Positions 39,563-48,171 of a stretch of 64,000 nt of DNA are shown in pieces (within the stretch, counting starts at the first letter, position 1; the number at the start of each line of letters is the position of its first letter). The notes under the pieces are model-generated. The model did not search any database. It worked only from the letters and a program-made list of their open reading frames with translations, and was not told where the DNA came from. This DNA is from Candidatus Latescibacterota bacterium. Its GTDB lineage: Bacteria > Latescibacterota > UBA2968 > GCA-2709665. The stretch is from contig OZ252100.1 of NCBI GenBank assembly GCA_965248435.1, positions 2,816,001-2,880,000 of the forward strand. The letters are read 5' to 3'. Made by a program: the position numbers and the translations under genes.

Positions 39563-41635
39563 GTGACCCTCTTGTCGGATTCAACTTCGGTTTCGAAAGA
39601 TCCTGACAGCAAAGTGGATCGGGCCTTTTCGGTCAAGGCAACCGTCTACGCAAAGGGGCTCTATGCCGGCATTGGTATCAAGGCTTCAGGCCCCGGCTTG
39701 TTGAAGCAACACCTCGCGGACAACAAGCAGGAAGAAGAGGAACTCAAGCAGAAGATACTGGGCCAGGCGCACCAGGCGCTCTCCGACAATGGGGTAAAGA
39801 ACTTCCAGGAGGATGCGCTCCAGGATGCGGTTGAAACCTTTCTTGCACAGGTGCGGGATGGCAGTGGCGATATGGTCGCCAGGAAAGTCGCGGAGGGACA
39901 GGCTCCCGAGCCCGGAGAAGACGGCAAGATAGAATATTCGTTGAACCCTGACGATTTGCCCATGCACAAGCTTGAAGACCTTCCACCGAATTCCAAGAAG
40001 CGATGGTTTCATTTCGCACAAGAGGGTGAAACTCTGGCCAGGGCGGTCCCAGCCAGTCAAGGAAAGCCGGGCAGCGATGTTCGGGGTGAAACCATGGACC
40101 TGAAGGAAAAAGCGAAAGAGCCTTCTCTTACAGCCATACTCGGGGAGAACACATCGATTCAGGGTGATACCCTGGTTGCAGACTGTGACGGGATGTGCGA
40201 GGAGAACATCAATGGCAGGATTCGGGTCGTCCCTGAGATTGTGATAGATGCGGTGGACGCACAAACTGGAAGTCTACCCGAGGCTGGGTTAGGTAAAGCG
40301 AGTATTCTGATCAAGAAAGATATAAAGTCTCAATACAGGGTTGCGACATCCGAGACGATCTTCGTAGGCCTCGGGGAAAGCGGCAACATCGAAAGCAAGT
40401 CGGCAGTAGAGGCGGCCAACCTGGTCGTGAACGGCATTGCGAGAGGTGTATACAAGGAGCCATCTGAAACCACGAATCCCTACGCGATACAAATACAGGA
40501 GCTGTTCATCTCGAAAACCGTAGATGGCCGACATATCGTCGCGAACAATATCTTTGTTTTCGAGGACTGTCTCTTTGGATTGTTGGACGCCGAACAAGCC
40601 ATAAGAGTCGGGGGCAACGTATCGGGTGGGTGTATGATCTCCCGGAATGAACTGGCAGTTTGTGGAAACCTTGGAACAAAGGAAGGTGGAAGTCGCACAA
40701 GAGTACTCATTCCCGGTCAGGGAGAGACATCGCGGAGCCAGAAGCGTGTTGAAGCTGCAATGGCCGAACACGAGAAAACCTCCTCTGAACTGGGTGCCAA
40801 ACTGGACCAGCTGGAAGCTTCGTCCGCAAAGCGTGCGAAATCGGATGCATACTGGGCGAGCCTGGCTGAGGGGGAGTTCAAGAAGCCGGGCAATCCGGTT
40901 CAGGCCAACACGGCCAGGCAGTTCAGAGATATGCTCAACGAAAAGAAGGAGCTGAAGCGCTCGATTTCAGCCGCCAAGACGGCATTGACCGAACTGAAAG
41001 AACGGGCTGAAGAAGCCCAGGACGAATCGACATCTGAGGTTCTCGTCAGGGTTATGGGCTGGATCTATCTGGACGCTGAATTCGAGGCAGCTCTCGGCGT
41101 TGAGGAAGAGGATCTGGAGCGAGTCGTAACCTACTCAGTCGAGGGAAAGAAGTACCGGAATCATTCACTTCAAGACCTGAATACTTTGCTTACGAAGCTG
41201 GCGAAAGAGCATCTAGAAGCGGAACAATCAAGAGTGGGAGAGCGCAAACAGGCGATCGAGCAGATGTTTGAGGGCGCGGAGAAGAAACCAACGGGACCTC
41301 AGATCAATCACAAGCGATTTGAGGTGCCCTTTGAGTGGAGCGGAGATGATGCGCAGAAAGTCCCACAGGAGCTTCGCATAGCTACACTTGCCTTCGTGGA
41401 GTCTCAGGATCCTGAGAGTCTTCGCATCAAGACCATCGCCACTGTGAGAGAAGAGATAAAAGGTGTCCAGGTCAAGATCTCAAACGACGGACCCAAGACC
41501 CTGTTCTTGTTGGAGCAGTCGAGCAGTGTTGAATGGCGTGACAGAAGTGATGTGAAGGAAATGCTCGACAGTCGATTTGTACACGGCTTGTCTGCAAAAG
41601 AACTTTTAGATGGAAAAACTTCCATAGAGGATTGA
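39563..41635 (+). CDS. DUF342/FapA-family protein
   Basis: VAEGQAPEPGEDGKIEY, GKPGSDVRG, LVADCDG, VDAQTG, beta-helix and coiled coil. Confidence 0.75.
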   Translation: MTLLSDSTSVSKDPDSKVDRAFSVKATVYAKGLYAGIGIKASGPGLLKQHLADNKQEEEELKQKILGQAHQALSDNGVKNFQEDALQDAVETFLAQVRDGSGDMVARKVAEGQAPEPGEDGKIEYSLNPDDLPMHKLEDLPPNSKKRWFHFAQEGETLARAVPASQGKPGSDVRGETMDLKEKAKEPSLTAILGENTSIQGDTLVADCDGMCEENINGRIRVVPEIVIDAVDAQTGSLPEAGLGKASILIKKDIKSQYRVATSETIFVGLGESGNIESKSAVEAANLVVNGIARGVYKEPSETTNPYAIQIQELFISKTVDGRHIVANNIFVFEDCLFGLLDAEQAIRVGGNVSGGCMISRNELAVCGNLGTKEGGSRTRVLIPGQGETSRSQKRVEAAMAEHEKTSSELGAKLDQLEASSAKRAKSDAYWASLAEGEFKKPGNPVQANTARQFRDMLNEKKELKRSISAAKTALTELKERAEEAQDESTSEVLVRVMGWIYLDAEFEAALGVEEEDLERVVTYSVEGKKYRNHSLQDLNTLLTKLAKEHLEAEQSRVGERKQAIEQMFEGAEKKPTGPQINHKRFEVPFEWSGDDAQKVPQELRIATLAFVESQDPESLRIKTIATVREEIKGVQVKISNDGPKTLFLLEQSSSVEWRDRSDVKEMLDSRFVHGLSAKELLDGKTSIED

Positions 41636-42054
41636 GGCGTAGAATGAGAGTTCTTATCGTGGATGACGATGAGCAGGTGCTTGGATTCCTGAAGGAAGCT
41701 TCTGAGATGAAACCCGGGATCGAAGTGGAAATCGCCCTCTCGGGCGAGGATGCCGTCGCGAAGACGCTTCAAACGAACTATGACGTGATCACACTGGACA
41801 TAAAGATGCCCGGCATCAGCGGACTGGATGTCCTTCCGATGCTTCGCAACCTGCGTTCCCACACGATAATCGCCATCATTTCAGGGCATCTTCCAGATGA
41901 GATCTCACCGGAAGTTTCCTCGTGTGCGGATGTTATTCTGGACAAACCAATTACGGTTCCAACCTTTCACAAGTTCCTGGACAGCTCGTTACTGATCTCG
42001 AACACACTTTCCGAAATCAGGCAGATGGGCGCCAGGCTGGCTGAGACCAACTGA
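41632..42054 (+). CDS. Single-domain response regulator
   Basis: LIVDDD, ITLDIKMP, IISG, DKPI; overlaps the upstream stop. Confidence 0.9.
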   Translation: MRRRMRVLIVDDDEQVLGFLKEASEMKPGIEVEIALSGEDAVAKTLQTNYDVITLDIKMPGISGLDVLPMLRNLRSHTIIAIISGHLPDEISPEVSSCADVILDKPITVPTFHKFLDSSLLISNTLSEIRQMGARLAETN

Positions 42055-42076
42055 TTTTTGCCCGACGACTCCCCCG

Positions 42077-43195
42077 ATGAATGACGTTATCAGTTCTCTC
42101 ACCGATGAGATCCTCTCTGTAGGCCGTTTGCTCGAAGTAGAGAGCATTCCCGACCAGCAAAGAGTTCTGGATGCGGAGGAGTCGAACATGCTCGTCAGCG
42201 TCGACCTGCCTCCTGGATTCACCCTGAAGGGAGAAAAGTCTGTCGTGGTGGAAGGTTCTCTTCTGGGCAAGGAAAACGATCTACAGCGCGTCGAAACAGG
42301 GGGAGATCTGATCGTACGTGGGGACGTCAGATTTGCAAACATCATTGCCGGACGCGTGTTTGTGGGAGGGAGCGTGGAACATTGTCAAATCGCAGCCATG
42401 AAACGAGTGGAAATCGTCGATGCCGTGAGTGATACGAAGATGCTCGCCGGAGATTTCCGAAAGCAAAAGCAGAAGCTGGACGCGTTGAGACGACAAATCG
42501 ACAAGACCAGGGACGGGCTTTATGGGATCGAGCGCAGTATAGATTCTGAGGAAAAGCGCATCTACAGACTGTTTTCGAATGCAAGACTCAATATAGAACT
42601 GCAGTTTGGTGGAATCATTACGATGAAATCGAAACGAATATGTGTCAATCTTCACTCATTCTACACGGCATTGGGGGATAGAAGTCCAAAAGATATCGAG
42701 CAGGCGCTTGACGGCTTCTTCAGAAAGGGGATCATCGGTGTACTGATCGGGAAAAACAGGGAGGCGCTGAAGAAGAGCGCGACACGGCGGGCAGCCTTCA
42801 AACACGTATTGGAAGGGCTGCACAATCTGTTCACCCTGACTCTTAGTCTCGATCAGAAGAAAAAGGATATCGAGAGGGCCACCGATGAGGTTGACAATGA
42901 GGTAAGGGAACTGAGTTCAATCGAGCCTGTTGTCAGGCTACACGGCTCGATTCTGCCCAAATTCGATCTTGTGTTCGCCTTGCCCAAAATCGAGCGCCGG
43001 AAGGACCAGGTGTCGGTTGACAGGATAACCGCGGACTTCTCTCTCAATACTACAGACGACGAAGATCAGGTAGAGTTGACCGCAGTGAGTACTCAAGGAG
43101 ATAAAGCCACTGAGAAAGGCCCACAGAAGTTCGATGGCATGGAATTTCGGCTCAAAGACGAAAAGATTTCGTGGGAGCCGCTACAGGGCTCTTGA
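42077..43195 (+). CDS. Protein resembling the C-terminal beta-helix/coiled-coil part of DUF342/FapA
   Basis: VVVEGSL..VETGGDLIVRGDV...VFVGGSV beta-helix-like repeats followed by a coiled coil. Confidence 0.6.
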   Translation: MNDVISSLTDEILSVGRLLEVESIPDQQRVLDAEESNMLVSVDLPPGFTLKGEKSVVVEGSLLGKENDLQRVETGGDLIVRGDVRFANIIAGRVFVGGSVEHCQIAAMKRVEIVDAVSDTKMLAGDFRKQKQKLDALRRQIDKTRDGLYGIERSIDSEEKRIYRLFSNARLNIELQFGGIITMKSKRICVNLHSFYTALGDRSPKDIEQALDGFFRKGIIGVLIGKNREALKKSATRRAAFKHVLEGLHNLFTLTLSLDQKKKDIERATDEVDNEVRELSSIEPVVRLHGSILPKFDLVFALPKIERRKDQVSVDRITADFSLNTTDDEDQVELTAVSTQGDKATEKGPQKFDGMEFRLKDEKISWEPLQGS

Positions 43196-43225
43196 ATCCA
43201 AGTCACCTGCGTTCCACCAGGAAAA

Positions 43226-43297
43226 GAGGGCTGCAGACTGAAATCTGTAGCCCTTTGTTTGACCATGGGTAATACAGGTCTCGAACCAGTGACTTCC
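43226..43297 (-). repeat. Degenerate tRNA-Val 3' fragment plus terminator-like hairpin (old att site)
   Basis: 43266-43297 matches the tRNA at 27/32 nt; hairpin GAGGGCTGCAGA-CTGAAA-TCTGTAGCCCTT resembles the one at 56654-56685. Confidence 0.65.
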
Positions 43298-43459
43298 ATC
43301 CATCTTCGGAGTGTGTGCGTCCTCTCGTATCAGACCTTCGGTGGATGTGAGAAGCGGCTTGGGATTCTCCTCTGTATGAATTCTCATTGTTCGTCTGGCG
43401 ATTCGACGTGTCTTGTGCGGGGTTCCGTCCGAGCTCCTATCTGTCGAGGTCTCCCTAGG

Positions 43460-43747
43460 TTAATTCCTCAGCGAGCTGATAAAATGCGTCACCTCGATCA
43501 GAGGAACGGTTTGAATCTGGATCGTTCCTCGTGATCCCAGCTCCACGGACAGCTTGGCGATCGCCTCGTTGTCAGCCGCTTCTACGATCGTAATGAAGTC
43601 ACACGCGCCGATCGCCGCGTACTGTTTCACGACTTTCGTACCCATCGCCTCGACTTCCTTGTTCACCTCCAGCACGCGGTCGGGATTACTCTTCAGCGTC
43701 CTCCTTCCCTCGTTAGTCAGCGTGCTCAGCATTGCGTAAAGAGGCAT
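43460..43747 (-). CDS. GYD-domain protein
   Basis: Y..L..LT.EG..., QYA.IG.CDF.TIVEA.D, LGSRG...T pattern. Confidence 0.85.
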   Translation of the reverse strand: MPLYAMLSTLTNEGRRTLKSNPDRVLEVNKEVEAMGTKVVKQYAAIGACDFITIVEAADNEAIAKLSVELGSRGTIQIQTVPLIEVTHFISSLRN

Positions 43748-44037
43748 AACGATATTTTCCTTTCTGTGTAATGTTCTGTGATTCCTTTGGGGGAACGGTA
43801 AGAATCGGTTTGAGTATAGGCAATATGCTCATTTTTCAGTGCAAGGTAACGGATGGGAATAGCACCTGTAAGAATACAATGCAATTCGACGCACGTCACG
43901 GTATTCGCGTTTGTGGTGGTCATAAGGATGCGATCGCGTCACCAACCTACCCTGCCGCCGTACAAAGCAATCGGCTATGGCCGCACTTTCAAAGCCGCCC
44001 CCCGTGGCGTAGCCAGATACGACCCGGACCGTTGCAG

Positions 44038-45894
44038 TCATGCCCGGGAGCTGTACTGCAGCTCGTGCAGCCTCGAGTAGATGCCGCCCTTTTTCAGCAG
44101 CTCCAGGTGTGTGCCCTCCTCGCGGACCTCGCCGCGGTGGAGGACGAGGATCTTGTCCGCGTTTCTGATCGTCGACAGCCGGTGGGCGATCACGATCGAG
44201 GTACGGATCTTCATCAGCTTCTCTACGGCCTCCTGAATCCAAATTTCGGTTTCCGTGTCCACGTTGGAGGTCGCCTCGTCCAGCACCAGGATGTCGGGGT
44301 CGGCGGCGAGGGCGCGGGCGAAGGACAGGAGCTGGCGCTGTCCCGCCGACAGGGACGTGCCCCGCTCCTGCACTGGCTGGTGGTAGCCGTCGGGAAGCTG
44401 GTCGATGAACCGGTCGGCATTCACGTCCCGCGCTGCCTGCTGGACGCGGTCGGGCGTGACGCCGGGGGCGCCCAGGCTGATGTTCTCCTCGATGTCGCCC
44501 GCGAAGAGGAACACGTCCTGCTGCACCACGCCGACACGCCGGCGCAGCGTCTCGACGTCCCACTCCCGGATGTCCACGCCGTCCACCAGGATGCGTCCCT
44601 CCTGGATGGGATAGAACCGGCACACCAGGTTGATGATCGTGCTTTTCCCTGCGCCCGTGGCCCCCACGATCGCCAGGCTCTGGCCGGGCTCGACGCTGAA
44701 GGACACGCCCCGCAGCACCCAATCGGGAGCCGGGCCTGCCGCGTCCTGAGGTGCCGCGCCTTCTGCGGCGTTCCGAGGGGCGTCTGCCGAAGGGGAGTAG
44801 GAGAACCATACGTCCTGGAACTCGATCTCGCCGCGCACATTCTCTGGCCGGTGGGCGCCTCCCTCGTGCTCGGGCTCCGCGTCGAGCAGCTCGAAGACCC
44901 GCTCCGAGGAGGCCATCGCCGACTGCACCGTGCCGTAGCGCTCGGCGATGTCGCGCATGGGCATGAAGAAGCGGGGAACGTACTGGAGCATCGCGACGAG
45001 CACGCCCCATTCGATCCGGCCCTCCAGAACTCGGTGACCGCCGTACCAGAGCACGAGGGCCATCATGAGCAAGCCGCACAACTCCATGAACGGGAAGTAG
45101 GCGCTGTGGTACCAGGTGCTCTGGAGGCGTGACGTGTTGTAGCTCTCGTTGGCCTCGCCGAACCGGTGGATGCTCCGCTGCTCGCAGTTGAACATCTGCA
45201 CGATCTCCATCCCCGAGATCGTCTCCTGAAGGGAGCCGGCGAAATGCCCGAAGTGCGTGCGGGCGTCCCGGAACGCCCGGAACGTCAGGCCCTGGAGCCA
45301 GAATGTCACCGCGAAGGCCAGCGGCAGCGCGGCGCACGTGATCAGGCCGAGTTCCACGTCCAGGACGAAAATGAAGCCCATGATCGTCAGCACCGTGACA
45401 CCGTCGCTGACGAGCGCGACGGCTCCGTCTGTGAACAACTCGTTCAGGGCGTCGACGTCGTTCGTGTTCCGCGCCATCAGCGTGCCGACGGGCGTGCGGT
45501 CGAAGAACCGCAGCGGAAGGCGCTGGAGGTGCTTGAAGATGACCATCCGCACGTCGCGCATCGCCCACTGTCCGACCATGTTCGTCGCCCAGGTCTGGAC
45601 GTAGCCAATGACGAGCTGGAGGACCAGCGTGCCGGCGTAGAGAAAGATGAGCCATCCGAAGCCCGACCGGTCTCCGGGAATGATGTAATCGTCCACGGCG
45701 ATTTTCGTGAGGTAGGGGCCGAGCTGCCGGAGGAGCGACGCGACGAGGATGGCGGCAAACGTCAGGAGAACCCAGCCCCTGTAAGGGCGGAAGTATTCCA
45801 GAAGCCGCCCCATTTGCCTCACGTCGAACCCTTTGGTCCTGGAGGCGCCCGCTTCTTCCGGCCCGCGGTATTCTCTGGACTGACCGAAGTTCAT
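44038..45894 (-). CDS. ABC exporter fused TMD-NBD (MdlB-like partner)
   Basis: GATGAGKS, LSAGQRQL, LDEATS, IAHRLST. Confidence 0.95.
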   Translation of the reverse strand: MNFGQSREYRGPEEAGASRTKGFDVRQMGRLLEYFRPYRGWVLLTFAAILVASLLRQLGPYLTKIAVDDYIIPGDRSGFGWLIFLYAGTLVLQLVIGYVQTWATNMVGQWAMRDVRMVIFKHLQRLPLRFFDRTPVGTLMARNTNDVDALNELFTDGAVALVSDGVTVLTIMGFIFVLDVELGLITCAALPLAFAVTFWLQGLTFRAFRDARTHFGHFAGSLQETISGMEIVQMFNCEQRSIHRFGEANESYNTSRLQSTWYHSAYFPFMELCGLLMMALVLWYGGHRVLEGRIEWGVLVAMLQYVPRFFMPMRDIAERYGTVQSAMASSERVFELLDAEPEHEGGAHRPENVRGEIEFQDVWFSYSPSADAPRNAAEGAAPQDAAGPAPDWVLRGVSFSVEPGQSLAIVGATGAGKSTIINLVCRFYPIQEGRILVDGVDIREWDVETLRRRVGVVQQDVFLFAGDIEENISLGAPGVTPDRVQQAARDVNADRFIDQLPDGYHQPVQERGTSLSAGQRQLLSFARALAADPDILVLDEATSNVDTETEIWIQEAVEKLMKIRTSIVIAHRLSTIRNADKILVLHRGEVREEGTHLELLKKGGIYSRLHELQYSSRA

Positions 45895-47852
45895 AGCGTG
45901 TCCAGTTCCTGCGACAGGTGCTGCCGGCGGTACATCGCCGCGTAGATCCCGTTGCGGGCGACCAGCTCCTGGTGTGTGCCCTGCTCGGCGATACGGCCTT
46001 CTTCGAGGACCACGATGAGGTCCGCTTGCTTCACCGTGGAGATCCGATGGGCGATCAAAATCGTGGTCCGGCCGGCCATCACGTCCCTCAGGCGACCGAG
46101 GATCCGCTCCTCCGTGCGCGTGTCCACGCTGGACATGGCGTCGTCCAGGATCAGAATCCGGGGTTCCCGGACCAGCGCCCGCGCCAGGGCGGTACGCTGC
46201 TTCTGCCCCCCCGAAAGCGTGACCCCGCGCTCGCCGACCTTCGTTTCGAGCCCCGCCGGAAACTGCTCCAGGTCGGCGGTGAGCCCTGAGATCTCGGTCG
46301 CCCGCTCCACGGCGCCGTTCTTCCCGCCGCCGGCGAGGGCCACGTTTTCACGGAGCGTGTCGGAGAACAGAAAAGTCTCCTGCGGCACATAGCCCATCAC
46401 GCTCCTGAGGGCCGCCAGTGAAAACGATTCGACAGGGTTCCCGTCGATCAGGACCTGCCCCCGATCGGGATGGATCAGCCTCGGGATGAGCCGGGCCAGC
46501 GTAGACTTGCCTGACCCCACGCGCCCGACCAGGGCCACAGTGCTGCCGGCGGGGATCTTGAGATCGATATCCTGAATTACCATCCGCCCGTCGTAGGCGA
46601 AGCTGACGTTCCTGAACTCGATCTCGCCGTCGAAGTCTTCGGGCACGCTCCCTTCCGAGGCCTGGGGCCGCTCCGCCAGTACGGCCTCGATACGGGTCAG
46701 GGAGGCCGTGGCCCGTTGCTGCTCGTCCACCATCCGGCCAAGCATCATCATCGGGCGACCGATCCGGATGAGATAGGTGTTGAACGCCACGAAGGCGCCG
46801 AGCGTGAGCGTGCCTTCCAGCACCTTGAGTCCGCCCAGCCACAGGATTATGACCATCGACACGCCGTTCAGCAGGAAGGTGGACGGAAAGAAGATGCTCC
46901 GGAGGTAGATCAGGTCGCGGTTGCGGGCGACGTACTGGTCGTTCAGTTTCAGGAATCGCCCGATCTCGCGGAGTCGATTTGCGAACGCCTTCACCACCCG
47001 CACGCCCTCCAGGTTCTCGTGGATGCAGGTGCTGAGCGCAGCGAACTGCTCCTGAACGCGCTTGAATCCGGGGCCTATGCGCCTGGCGACCACGCCCGTG
47101 GCCATCGCCATCACGGGCATCGGCGCGAGAGACAGCACCGCGAGCTTCCAGTCGAGCGTGCACATCAGCGCCAGGCTCATGACGAATGTCAGGAGCCCGG
47201 TCAGCGTCATCCGGAAGGCGTGGTAGAGAAACCGTTGGACCGCCTCCACGTCGTTCGTGGCCAGGGCCATCAGGTCACCCACACGCCTCTCGTGGAAGAA
47301 AGAGAGAGGAAGGCGTACGATATGACGCACGTAGGCCTCGCGCAGATCGCGCTCCACGTAGCGGGAGGTGGCCCCCAGATGCCAGCGCATGCCGAAGGAG
47401 ACGGCCCATTGCGCGATCGACAGCAGCGCCACGACCAGGGCATAGAAGGTCAGATCCCCGGCGGTGGTTCCGGTGATCGTCTCCCAGGGGGGCAGGCCCC
47501 ATCGAGGAGGGTAGAACGTGCGGTCGTCCTTGACGTGTGCCCCCGCCGGAAACGCGGGTGCCGGAAGCCCCCCGGGATCCTTGGCGACCAGGTGACGGTC
47601 CCGGTCGTCTGCGAGGTGGCCTCGCTCCGGCCGGACGTCGCCCGAACCTGTCCGGTCAGGCAGAGGATCGAGCGCGGCCGTGCCGGTATCGATCGCCCAC
47701 TTGAGGACCATCGGGATGAAGGTCGAGATCCCCTGCGACAACACAAGCAATACGAGGCCAAGGACCACGGCCCGGCGGTAGGGGCGGAGGTAGCGGCTGA
47801 AAGGCGCGAGAGGGTTGAAGGACACGATTGGATTGGGATAGAGTGGAATCAA
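45891..47852 (-). CDS. ABC exporter fused TMD-NBD (MdlA-like, degenerate Walker B)
   Basis: GRVGSGKS, LSGGQKQR, ILDDAMSSVD; 4-nt overlap with partner gene. Confidence 0.95.
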   Translation of the reverse strand: MIPLYPNPIVSFNPLAPFSRYLRPYRRAVVLGLVLLVLSQGISTFIPMVLKWAIDTGTAALDPLPDRTGSGDVRPERGHLADDRDRHLVAKDPGGLPAPAFPAGAHVKDDRTFYPPRWGLPPWETITGTTAGDLTFYALVVALLSIAQWAVSFGMRWHLGATSRYVERDLREAYVRHIVRLPLSFFHERRVGDLMALATNDVEAVQRFLYHAFRMTLTGLLTFVMSLALMCTLDWKLAVLSLAPMPVMAMATGVVARRIGPGFKRVQEQFAALSTCIHENLEGVRVVKAFANRLREIGRFLKLNDQYVARNRDLIYLRSIFFPSTFLLNGVSMVIILWLGGLKVLEGTLTLGAFVAFNTYLIRIGRPMMMLGRMVDEQQRATASLTRIEAVLAERPQASEGSVPEDFDGEIEFRNVSFAYDGRMVIQDIDLKIPAGSTVALVGRVGSGKSTLARLIPRLIHPDRGQVLIDGNPVESFSLAALRSVMGYVPQETFLFSDTLRENVALAGGGKNGAVERATEISGLTADLEQFPAGLETKVGERGVTLSGGQKQRTALARALVREPRILILDDAMSSVDTRTEERILGRLRDVMAGRTTILIAHRISTVKQADLIVVLEEGRIAEQGTHQELVARNGIYAAMYRRQHLSQELDTL

Positions 47853-48171
47853 CTACCACCCGCGCAGCGGGTGGCCTGCTGTTCCGGCCAGAGGCCGGGG
47901 CAGCAGGGAACGCGTTTGCGCGTTCGAGGTTGAACGTGAGCGGTGCATCCCCGAACCGCGGGGTTTGACCCCCCGGGTCAAACCGCCACCGCGAACAATC
48001 AAGTGAGCGAATACTTATTTTTCGGTGAAACATGTTCGTATTCGCCGTGCAAGTCAAGGTCTCGCCGCCAGGAGCTTCCTCTTCAACTCAAATGTCGAGT
48101 GTCGACAAGCAAACCGAAGGATCGATCGATGGAAATCCTTCCCACTGGCTGTATGTTTTGCTGGTAGGAGC

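Noticed and set aside
43771-47933. Long alternative ORFs over the ABC genes (43829-45655, 43771-45132, 46716-47933)
   Set aside because: These are off-frame or antisense ORFs from high GC3, with Arg/Pro/Ala-rich translations and no domains.
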